Program-made: the position numbers and the translations under genes
Shown here: positions 42,523 through 50,602 of the stretch, piece by piece
Numbering within the stretch: position 1 is the first letter of the stretch
Layout of the letters: each line of letters starts with the position of its first letter
Notes under the pieces: model-generated
The model's database searches: none
Seen by the model: the letters and a program-made list of their open reading frames with translations, nothing else
Told to the model about the DNA's origin: nothing
Origin: Planctomycetota bacterium
GTDB lineage: Bacteria; Planctomycetota; UBA1135; UBA2386
DNA: 64,000 bases
Assembly: GCA_965228735.1 (NCBI GenBank)
Contig: OZ245838.1
Location: forward strand, 2,784,001-2,848,000
Direction of reading: 5' to 3'

Positions 42523-43886
42523 GGGAGTGTGCGATGAACGGTGTATTCGCGTGACGGCTGGTGGGATCCTCTGACCCGTAGGGAGCCCACCGATGACCCC
42601 GAAGAAGAATGACCGCCACCGAATCCCGGACGAGCTGATCGACCAGCTCCTCGCCAACTACGAGAAGCCAGAAGACCTGACAGGAAAGGACGGCATCCTC
42701 AAGGAGCTGACGGCCCGGCTGCTCGGCCGAGCCCTCGAAGGCGAGATGACCGAGCACCTCGGCTACGAGAAGCACGCACCGCGTGCCGAGGGCACGAGCA
42801 ACGCGCGCAACGGATCACGCAGCAAGACGATCAAGGTCGAGGACGGCGAGCTCGAGATCGAGGTGCCGCGCGATCGCGACAGCACGTTCGAGCCCGAGAT
42901 CGTCAAGAAGCGCCAGAGACGCTTCGCGGGCTTCGACGAGAAGATCCTGGCGCTCTACGCCCGCGGCATGACCGTCCGCGACATCCAGGGCCACCTGGAG
43001 GAGCTGTACGGCGTCGAGGTCTCGCCATCGCTGATCTCGAGCGCCACGTCGGCGGTCCACGAAGACGTCCTGGCCTGGCAGAGCCGGCCGCTCGAGCCGG
43101 TCTACCCGATCGTCTTCCTCGATGCGCTCGTCGTGAAGGTGCGCGACGAAAGCGTCGTCCGAAACAAGTCGGTTTACCTGGCGATCGGCGTCACGCTCGA
43201 CGGCCGCCGCGAAGTCCTCGGGATCTGGATCGAGCAGACGGAGGGCGCCAAGTTCTGGCTGAAGGTCATGAACGAGCTGAAGACGCGGGGCGTCCAGGAC
43301 ATCCTGATTGCGTGCTGCGATGGCCTGAAGGGCTTCCCGGACGCGATCGAGCACGTGTTCCCGCAGGCCACCGTGCAGACCTGCATCGTGCACATGATCC
43401 GGAACTCGCTGCGCTTCGTCAGCTACAAGGATCGCAAGGCCGTCGCCAAGGACCTCAAGCCGATCTACACGGCGGCCAACCGTGAAGCCGCCGAGGCAGC
43501 GCTGGATGCCTTCGACAAGAAGTGGGGCCGCCGCTACGAGATGATCACCTCGTCCTGGCGAGCGAACTGGGAGCGTGTCGTGCCGTTCCTCGACTTCCCG
43601 CCCGAGGTCCGGCGCGTGATCTACACGACCAACCAGATCGAGGCGCTCAACTCGAGCCTGCGCAAGCTGCTGCAGTACCGCGGCCACTTCCCGGACGACA
43701 AGTCCGTCACCAAGCTGCTCTACCTCGCGCTGCGTCGCTTCGAGAAGAAGTGGACGCGTGCGCTCTGGAATTGGAGCGCCGTCCTCGGGCAGCTCGCTAT
43801 CTTCTTTCAAGGCAGGATACCTGCCCTGTAACCGTGACCTCACTCCGCCAGCTGGTCGCCGTTTACACCGTTAGCTGCACACTCCC
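42523..43886 (+). mobile_element. IS256-family element 1
   Basis: Terminal IRs gggagtgtgcgatgaacggtgta and tacaccgttagctgcacactccc; no target duplication. Confidence 0.92.
42593..43831 (+). CDS. IS256-family transposase
   Basis: RNG, VPRDR, VFLDAL, CDGLKG, QTCIVH and YTTNQIE motifs. Confidence 0.96.
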   Translation: MTPKKNDRHRIPDELIDQLLANYEKPEDLTGKDGILKELTARLLGRALEGEMTEHLGYEKHAPRAEGTSNARNGSRSKTIKVEDGELEIEVPRDRDSTFEPEIVKKRQRRFAGFDEKILALYARGMTVRDIQGHLEELYGVEVSPSLISSATSAVHEDVLAWQSRPLEPVYPIVFLDALVVKVRDESVVRNKSVYLAIGVTLDGRREVLGIWIEQTEGAKFWLKVMNELKTRGVQDILIACCDGLKGFPDAIEHVFPQATVQTCIVHMIRNSLRFVSYKDRKAVAKDLKPIYTAANREAAEAALDAFDKKWGRRYEMITSSWRANWERVVPFLDFPPEVRRVIYTTNQIEALNSSLRKLLQYRGHFPDDKSVTKLLYLALRRFEKKWTRALWNWSAVLGQLAIFFQGRIPAL

Positions 43887-43903
43887 GCGGGAGCGCCACG
43901 AAC

Positions 43904-45328
43904 GGTAGTGCAGCATGCGTTCTGTAAACCGCCCGAGGCAGCTTGACGCAGTCGGCGGTGGTCGTCGCGGTCGGTCTGGGCGCTGCACCCTGGGTGCAGT
44001 GGCCAGGCCGACCGCGACGACCACCGCCGGCGCGGACGGATGCTTCAAGTCGGCGAGTCACGACGCTCAGCTTTTGTTAACCACAACGAAAGCAGAACGA
44101 AGTGACCCACCAATCCGAAAGTAGCACGCTCGACACCGTCTTGGAATCCATCGCAACGCAGGGTCTGGGAGGGATCGCGGACGCGATCCGCGTCCTCGTG
44201 AACGAGGCCATGAAGATCGAGCGATCCGCGTTCCTGGGCGCCGGTCCAAACGAGCGTACCGAGTCACGACGGGGCTACGCCAACGGCTTCAAGCCGAAGA
44301 CCGTGGCGACTCGCGTCGGCGCGATCGAGTTCGCCGTCCCGCAGGTCCGCGAGGCCGTCGACGGCGAACGCTTCTATCCGACGGCACTCGAACGCGGGAT
44401 TCGCTCGGAGCGCGCCCTGAAGCTCGCGGTCGCCGAGATGTACGTCCAGGGCGTCTCGACCCGCAAGGTCGCCGCGATCACCGAGGAGCTCTGCGGAGTA
44501 CAGGTGTCGTCCCAGCAGGTCTCCCGGGCCGCCGCGGCACTCGACGACGAGCTGCAGCAGTGGCGGATGCGCGAGCTCGGCCGGTGCCGCTACCTGGTCC
44601 TCGATGCCCGCTACGAAAAGGTCCGGCACGCCGGCTCCGTCATGAGCGCCGCCGTCCTGATCGCGACGGGCGTCGATGATGCAGGCCATCGCTCGGTCCT
44701 CGGCGTCAGCGTGTCGCGCTCGGAAGCCGAGGTCCACTGGCGCGACTTCCTCGACAGCCTGCGTGAACGTGGCCTGCACGGGCTCGGACTCATCGTCAGT
44801 GACGACCACTCTGGCCTCCGCCAAGCTTTGGCGGCGAGCTTTCCCGGAGTCGCTTGGCAACGCTGCCAGTTCCACCTGCAACGCAACGCCGCTCCACGAG
44901 TGCCGACCGTCTCGTTGCGCCCGTCGATCGCTCGTGGACTTCGTGCGGTCTTCAACGCTCCAGACCGACCTGAGGCCGAACGGCTTCTTGATAGGCTTCT
45001 GGAGGATCACGCGGAAACCGCTCCCGACTTTGTCCGGTGGGCTCGCGACAACGTCCCCGACGGCTTCGCTGTCTTCGCGATCCCGGCGACGCACCGTCGC
45101 TGCCTTCGCACGACCAACATGCTCGAGCGCCTCAACAAGGAGCTCCTGCGCCGCACCCGCGTTGCGACGCTCTTCCCCAACGACGCCTCTCTTCTCCGGC
45201 TCGCCACCGCGGTCCTCATGGAGATCAGCGAGGACTGGGTGACTGGCCGTCGCTATCTCTCCATGGACGCTGAGTGAAATGATTCGCCGACTATGGGCTC
45301 GCTCTTACAGAACGAATGTTGCTTTGCC
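43904..45328 (+). mobile_element. IS256-family element 2 with 8-bp target duplication
   Basis: IRs ggtagtgcagcatgcgttctgtaa and ttacagaacgaatgttgctttgcc; ccacgaac at 43896-43903 and 45329-45336. Confidence 0.92.
44102..45277 (+). CDS. IS256-family transposase
   Basis: EMYVQGVSTRKV, LDARYEKVR, SDDHSGL, WQRCQFH and RTTNMLERLN motifs. Confidence 0.96.
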   Translation: MTHQSESSTLDTVLESIATQGLGGIADAIRVLVNEAMKIERSAFLGAGPNERTESRRGYANGFKPKTVATRVGAIEFAVPQVREAVDGERFYPTALERGIRSERALKLAVAEMYVQGVSTRKVAAITEELCGVQVSSQQVSRAAAALDDELQQWRMRELGRCRYLVLDARYEKVRHAGSVMSAAVLIATGVDDAGHRSVLGVSVSRSEAEVHWRDFLDSLRERGLHGLGLIVSDDHSGLRQALAASFPGVAWQRCQFHLQRNAAPRVPTVSLRPSIARGLRAVFNAPDRPEAERLLDRLLEDHAETAPDFVRWARDNVPDGFAVFAIPATHRRCLRTTNMLERLNKELLRRTRVATLFPNDASLLRLATAVLMEISEDWVTGRRYLSMDAE

Positions 45329-45434
45329 CCACGAACGCCGAGGAATTCGCGTGACCGCACGCATCGCTACAGATAGCAACTTCACCCAGGGAGAGGAATC
45401 GCACGTCGCGAAACCAACCTGGAAAGGAGAGGCG

Positions 45435-45791
45435 ATGCACTACGGACAGTGGCTCATCAACGACGGCGATGCGACGACGAAAGTCTTCACGCCATGGTTC
45501 CCGCGCGGTGGCGACAACGCAATCATGACGTATGAGATCATTACGTCGCTCGGCGGGACCTTCACCGTGGACGTGGTCCACAAGAACAAGGACGACACCG
45601 GGAACGGCTCCATCCTAACCCCATCGAGCGCATTCACCGTGGTGTCTGGAACAAGCTTCTACGAAGGAGAGTTTGCCAAGCTCAAAGAGCTTGTGCGATT
45701 CCAGGTCAGCCTGGTGTCCGGGACGACAGCAATCCAAGCGGTGCTCTACCGAATGCTAGCCCCAACTTGGTTCAACGACGTCGGCGCGTAG
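45435..45791 (+). CDS. Hypothetical 118-aa beta-rich protein (FPRGGD paralog A)
   Basis: Strong AAAGGAG SD; clear similarity to the next ORF. Confidence 0.85.
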   Translation: MHYGQWLINDGDATTKVFTPWFPRGGDNAIMTYEIITSLGGTFTVDVVHKNKDDTGNGSILTPSSAFTVVSGTSFYEGEFAKLKELVRFQVSLVSGTTAIQAVLYRMLAPTWFNDVGA

Positions 45792-45823
45792 CTTGCCACA
45801 ACAACAGTCGAAAAGGAGAAGTC

Positions 45824-46174
45824 ATGAACATCCCAGGTCGCAGAATCGAAGAGAACGAGATAATCACCACCGAGCCTTTCCCCCGCGGCGGAGATGGTAT
45901 GTTTCTTAGGGCACAGATGATCGATCGTCTGGACTCAACCGGGAACCTCGAAGTTGCCGTGTTCACGCGCAATACGGAGGAGGACTGGCCGGGATTGGCT
46001 ACCGCAACAATGAACATGACGCTCACGAATGGTGCGGTGTCTGAGATTCAAGTGGAAGGCTTGAAGGAGCAGATCCGTGTCAGGGTGACCGGGCCGACTG
46101 GCACGGGCACTGCCGCCGTCGTCCGCATCTTCCCGCCGCTTTTCTACGACGCGGCTATCGGAAACCTACCGTAG
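45824..46174 (+). CDS. Hypothetical 116-aa beta-rich protein (FPRGGD paralog B)
   Basis: Strong AAAAGGAG SD; shares FPRGGD and LKExxR with the previous ORF. Confidence 0.85.
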   Translation: MNIPGRRIEENEIITTEPFPRGGDGMFLRAQMIDRLDSTGNLEVAVFTRNTEEDWPGLATATMNMTLTNGAVSEIQVEGLKEQIRVRVTGPTGTGTAAVVRIFPPLFYDAAIGNLP

Positions 46175-46252
46175 CTCAGCGAGGCATAGCTTCCTGAAAC
46201 CGGGGCCCGTCATATCCGCGCACCCTCCCTGAGACTCCACCCCTCCAAAGCA

Positions 46253-47425
46253 ATGCTCCCAGATTACAGCGGCACTCTGTTTGATCCTCCGGCCGAACAA
46301 GGCTGTGGATGCTCAGGGGGAGGTTGCGGCGGTGACTGTGGATGCGGAGGATCCTGTGGCGGGTGCAACGGCGGCTGCACGGGCGGGTGCAGCGGCGGAG
46401 CTGGGAGCAGCGCCCCTTTTTCGGAACCAGCCTTCGAGCCCGCGAACAGTCATATCCCGATTGACTTCCTAGGCGCCTGGTCAAGCGGTGGCTTGGGGAG
46501 TTCGGGGCCGCAGTTACTGGGCAGTGCCGCGCGCCAGGTAGACATCCCGAATCCCGGCGAAGGTGAACGCGGACAAATCACCAAGGAGGAGCCCGAGCCC
46601 CGCATTTGCCCCAAGGAATGCGAGGATCTATTCCCGCGCGTAGAGAAGGCCTGCACCCCGGATTGCTTCGTGCGAGAATGCATGACAATTGCTCACATCT
46701 ACGCTGAGTGCATTCGATCGGCGGGCGTCGACCCGAAGATGTGCCCTCAAGTCGACTGCGGGGACGACGAGGAGTGCCACGAGCTCCCTGAATGCAAGCC
46801 GCTGTATCGAGCTTATCTCGCGTCACAGGAGGACCTCCTTCAACCCGGCGGCTTTGCTCGCCTCGCGGCTCGCCACCCCAAAGGCTACGGTTCACCGTGG
46901 AGCAAGTATAAAGAATGCTGCCTGAAGAACTGCAAAAATGTGAAAGGCAAAAAGGGGCGCAGCAAGAAATCTGCCCGATCTTGCCGCTACGGAGGAGCCA
47001 ACATTACGTGTAACTTCTCGATTCCGGGGCCGACGGAAAGTCCAATACCGACGTTCTGCGAGTGCACATGGAAGCTAGATTGCGTATGCTGCAAGACAAG
47101 CGACTCCGAAGGAATGAAATGCGTTCGTGGGTGCGTGCAATGCCTGAAGTCTGTTGGCGCCGATGTAGACGCACATAATGACTGCTTCGAGAGTTGCCGT
47201 GAAGACGGCAAGTGGACCGACCAGGACGAGCAAGAATTCCGGCGAGTCGCGGACGATTGCTTGGTATGCAACGATCCCTACTGTGAGAGCGCAATGAGGG
47301 CAGGGATCCCGTTTAGAACATGGGAGATCATGAAGCGTATGGGCAATTGCGTCTACCGCGAGACTGGATCGGGGCCGATCTTTGAGGCGGCGGAGGGATG
47401 CAGTGACGAAGATCGAAATGGCTGA
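46253..47425 (+). CDS. Cysteine-rich protein (about 39 Cys in 390 aa) with a Gly/Cys N-terminal tract
   Basis: Long ORF in lower-GC DNA; GCGCSGGGCGGDCGCGGSCGGCNGGCTGGC leader; no signal peptide. Confidence 0.82.
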   Translation: MLPDYSGTLFDPPAEQGCGCSGGGCGGDCGCGGSCGGCNGGCTGGCSGGAGSSAPFSEPAFEPANSHIPIDFLGAWSSGGLGSSGPQLLGSAARQVDIPNPGEGERGQITKEEPEPRICPKECEDLFPRVEKACTPDCFVRECMTIAHIYAECIRSAGVDPKMCPQVDCGDDEECHELPECKPLYRAYLASQEDLLQPGGFARLAARHPKGYGSPWSKYKECCLKNCKNVKGKKGRSKKSARSCRYGGANITCNFSIPGPTESPIPTFCECTWKLDCVCCKTSDSEGMKCVRGCVQCLKSVGADVDAHNDCFESCREDGKWTDQDEQEFRRVADDCLVCNDPYCESAMRAGIPFRTWEIMKRMGNCVYRETGSGPIFEAAEGCSDEDRNG

Positions 47426-47452
47426 GGCAAGGATGACGAGGAGAGACGCTGA

Positions 47453-47839
47453 TTGAGATCGCAGAGGCGGCACTATGTCGCGGCCCTCTCTTTGGCTGCC
47501 ATTTGCGGACTTGCTCTCCTTCTCTGGACGCAAAGACCCAGCGTGGACGCGATTGCCGAGAAGTGGAGGACAGCGGACGCTGAAGTCGGATCAGTTCTTT
47601 TCCAGAAACACTGCATCAACTGCCATACTGGGTTCGCACCTCGATTGAGGGGAGCAATCAATCGCGCTCGCGAATCGAACGTGGGAATTAGGTATTTGAT
47701 TGAGTCGATCGTCTACCCAGAGAGCGTCGTGGTGCCACAGCCAACAATGAAGAGGTCGTTGCCCATGCCATACTTTGACTTCAGCGAACGGGAGATTGCG
47801 AACCTCGTTCGATACATGATCGAGAGTCACGGGCGATAA
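47453..47839 (+). CDS. Membrane-anchored monoheme cytochrome c-like protein
   Basis: TTG start after GAGGAG; TM helix; G..LF..HCINCH, YLIESIVYP, MP distal ligand and EIANLVRYM. Confidence 0.78.
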   Translation: MRSQRRHYVAALSLAAICGLALLLWTQRPSVDAIAEKWRTADAEVGSVLFQKHCINCHTGFAPRLRGAINRARESNVGIRYLIESIVYPESVVVPQPTMKRSLPMPYFDFSEREIANLVRYMIESHGR

Positions 47840-47961
47840 GGACACTGCCGTCGCAGCCCCAGCTCAAGAAACTCTGCCTCCGCCGCTGCGATCCGCTCCG
47901 CACGCGAACAGCTCTGCTTGCCGGTTGAGGGAATCTCGACGCCTACGCCCGCTCGCGCTCC

Positions 47962-48123
47962 TCATCCTCGAAAATCGGCCACGACGACTTCCCACAACCG
48001 TCGCACTGCCTCACGAACGTGAGCCTCGGCGGGGCGAGCGTAGAGGCCCGTGATCCCTGCCGCAGTCGTAGCCTGATGGCCTAGCAAGTGCGCGACGACT
48101 GGGATCGGCACGGGCGGATCGAC
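47962..48123 (-). pseudogene. C-terminal remnant of a second tyrosine recombinase
   Basis: Manual translation VDPPVPIPVVAHLLGHQATTAAGITGLYARPAEAHVREAVRRLW...stop contains LLGH and the catalytic Tyr. Confidence 0.7.
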
Positions 48124-48125
48124 CG

Positions 48126-48944
48126 TTACCGCAATTGCGGCGGATCGATCTTGCCCAACAATGCCGCCACCGCGCGGAAGTAGGCGCCGACGAACGGGAG
48201 ACGCATGGCGAACCGGCCAACCGCGTCCGCAAGGATGGGACTAATCGTCGTGACCGTGATCCAGGTGCGAACGGCGAGGACATGCAATCGCCCGGGGCGC
48301 TTCTTGCGCATCTCGCTAACGTGTCGCCGCAGGTCGGCCGCGGACATCATCAACATCTCGCCCGTCTCGCCGGTCGAAAACCATGCGAACCAGTCGAGGA
48401 CGGCGCCAACCGTCGCGCGCCGACGAGGCGATCGACGCTCCGTCGTGCCTCGCCCTCGCACCAAGGTGAGCGCCAAGAGCCCGGCGACGCCGAGCATGGT
48501 CAATTGGATCCACTCCAGCCAACCAGGCGCCGAGACCGCGACCTGGTCAAACGAGGTCTTGCCGAGGTGCAACTCGATCCCTGAGTGAAATACCCCATCG
48601 TGGATCTTGACGCCCTCCCATCGCGTGCCCGCGCTCAGCTCGCGAGCGATCCGCTGCGCTTCGTCTCCTGGCATGTCATAGACTCGCGAGTAGCCGAACT
48701 CGCTCCAGATCGGGTGGCTGGTGTGGAGCAGATGCTCGTCAACCAACCGCGAACAGTATTCGCGATCGGCAGGGATGACCTCGGCGCCTCCACGCCGCTG
48801 GAAGTCCTCGATTGCTACCGCAAGCTCGTCGATCATCTCCTCGCGAGTCGGGGCCCGATGCCCGCCCGGCGCCGACGGAACGAAGCTCATCAAGCACGCG
48901 CAGAACACCGACGCGACCAAGATCATCAGCTTGCGACGACTCAT
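48126..48944 (-). CDS. Hypothetical membrane protein coupled to the PadR gene
   Basis: ATG overlaps the PadR TGA; N-terminal signal/TM and internal TMs. Confidence 0.7.
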   Translation of the reverse strand: MSRRKLMILVASVFCACLMSFVPSAPGGHRAPTREEMIDELAVAIEDFQRRGGAEVIPADREYCSRLVDEHLLHTSHPIWSEFGYSRVYDMPGDEAQRIARELSAGTRWEGVKIHDGVFHSGIELHLGKTSFDQVAVSAPGWLEWIQLTMLGVAGLLALTLVRGRGTTERRSPRRRATVGAVLDWFAWFSTGETGEMLMMSAADLRRHVSEMRKKRPGRLHVLAVRTWITVTTISPILADAVGRFAMRLPFVGAYFRAVAALLGKIDPPQLR

Positions 48945-49240
48945 GCCAGCCTCCCGCGCAGTCCGAACTTCGCGAGTTGCTGGTATCTCTCTCGCGCGAG
49001 CGCCAGAGCCTCAACACCAGCGCCGGTGATCCTGAACCACCGCAGGCGCCCGTCTTCGTCCTCGTCGTCGCGCATGGCTACCCACCCGGCTTCCCGCATC
49101 CGGCGGAACGAGGTGTAGAGCGTGCCGAACGAGATGGAGCGGCCGGTTTCCTTCTCGAACAGCTTGCCGACCTCGCGGCCAGTCCGCTCCGTGACGGTCA
49201 ACGCCAGCAGTTGGAACTCGGTGTCGGTCGGGAGACCCAT
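48941..49240 (-). CDS. PadR-family transcriptional regulator
   Basis: EFQLLAL..ERTGREV..SISFGTLYTSFRRM..GWV..RWFRITGAG winged-helix pattern. Confidence 0.88.
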   Translation of the reverse strand: MGLPTDTEFQLLALTVTERTGREVGKLFEKETGRSISFGTLYTSFRRMREAGWVAMRDDEDEDGRLRWFRITGAGVEALALARERYQQLAKFGLRGRLA

Positions 49241-49246
49241 GCCGAT

Positions 49247-49275
49247 AGTGTGCAGTCGTATACTATACGTGTCAA
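49247..49275 (-). promoter_or_regulatory. Sigma70 promoter with a palindromic operator in the spacer
   Basis: TTGACA-17 nt-CACACT, 6 nt before the PadR ATG; palindrome CGTATA-G-TATACG at 49257-49269. Confidence 0.7.
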
Positions 49276-49341
49276 GACAGCAGCGGCGAGCACCCACTCG
49301 CCCACTGGTTTTCACACTGGTGCTCCACAGGTGTCCTGGAG

Positions 49342-49386
49342 CTGGGGCAACCTGGGGCAACAGGCTGGGGCAACGGGTGGTGCAAC
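49342..49386. repeat. CTGGGGCAAC direct repeats (candidate integrase arm sites)
   Basis: Copies at 49342, 49352 and 49365 plus a degenerate ggtgcaac; an identical copy lies at 41206-41215. Confidence 0.75.
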
Positions 49387-49525
49387 ACTCCGAAATCACG
49401 CCTCAGCAGCCCACCGAGTCACTTCCCAGCGGCATCGCCACTTCCGCTACAAGCCGTTCAACAATATCGGCTTACGACTCCAGTGGAAGCCCTGCGAAAG
49501 ACGTGATCCGGCGGCGTTCTCTGGC

Positions 49526-49724
49526 TTTGAAGACCAGGCCGAACACCAGCTCGGATGCACTCCCGTGGGGTATCTCGCTCGCTCTTGGCAACAGCCGCTG
49601 CAACGGACTGGACCTGCCTCGTGCCGAGGAGATCCCAGCGCTGACCCGATCTTGCAAGGGTCCGGCGCTGGGTGGCGCGCGAGCGTATCCAGCGGCTGCA
49701 GGCGATGCAAAGGACCGGTTCGCC
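49526..49724. repeat. Displaced 5' half of selC plus a decayed copy of the integrase 5' end
   Basis: Homologous to 41148-41346; the first 46 bp are identical; ATG is changed to GTG and TGG to TGA. Confidence 0.88.
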
Positions 49725-50602
49725 CGGACGAAGTTGCGAATCAGCGGCCGATCGGCCGGTCGAAGTGTCGCGCCCCCCGGCCCGAAACGCTGCGCGGCAG
49801 GAAGCGGAGTTTCTTTGGGCGCCGTGCAACCGTCGGCTCGTTGCTGTCGAAGAAATGGTCGAGAAGGCCGCGCCGGATCAAATACCGACTTTCTTTGAAA
49901 CATAGTCCGGGCGCGGCCTTCTCCCATTTCCCGTTCGAACCCCGGACGACGGAAACCCTCCCCTGGCGCAGCCGCTCCCTCCGACCCGCAGCGGAGAGGT
50001 GTCCGAGGCGAGCGCATCTCGGTCGGGCAACACCGCGGAGCGTCACCCGGAGTCGAGCCGACTCACGACTCGGCCCCGCCGACCACCGCGCTGCTCGCCC
50101 GCCGACGTTCACGGTGTGAAACGCGACCATCGCGCGGACGGCGCTACGCGCGCGGGCCGCCGTTCCGTTGTCGCCACGAGATTCGTCCGGATGAATAAAA
50201 GGCGACAGGCCCGCCGCTTGCCTCGACGGCGGACAAAGACTCGGGGGAGAAAGGGAAAGAAGGAGGAGTCGAGTCCCAACAACCCGGAACGGGATGTTCT
50301 GTCGCAGTGTTCGATCGCACGCCGAGCGGCGCATAGGCCCACGCGCCCGACCGAATCCACCGGGGTCTCCGGGCGTACGCACCTGTCACGCCGACCGGTC
50401 GCCATCCTCAGTACGTTCTCGCCTTAAGAGAAAACTCCCATCGCAGCGGCCCGTTGCGGGCCCACGAAACGGCGGGTCCAGGAACGAGACCAGACCACCG
50501 ACGGACCGGTCTCATCCCGAGAACGCGACGATCAAGCGAGTGGCGAAACTGGTCGACGTCTTCTGCAGGGCGCGGAAGCCAGAGCCGCGCACCATCGTTT
50601 CG

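Larger units (their letters stand above)
41148..49571. mobile_element. Genomic island (8378-bp repeat spacing) integrated in selC
   Basis: 46-bp perfect direct repeat at 41148-41193 and 49526-49571, adjacent integrase, visibly lower-GC cargo. Confidence 0.88.

Noticed and set aside
42374..42775. 133-aa ORF as a real gene
   Set aside because: Chimera of antisense IS256 sequence and a truncated gene tail.
45279..45434. N-terminal extension of paralog A in the ORF track
   Set aside because: It begins inside the IS end; the strong SD and the alignment with paralog B support ATG 45435.
46253..46400. Ranthipeptide/sactipeptide precursor
   Set aside because: The Gly/Cys tract is fused to a 390-aa protein and no modifying enzyme or peptidase transporter is nearby.
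49526..49564. Second tRNA-Sec gene
   Set aside because: Only the 5' half up to the anticodon loop is present; there is no variable arm, T arm or 3' acceptor strand.
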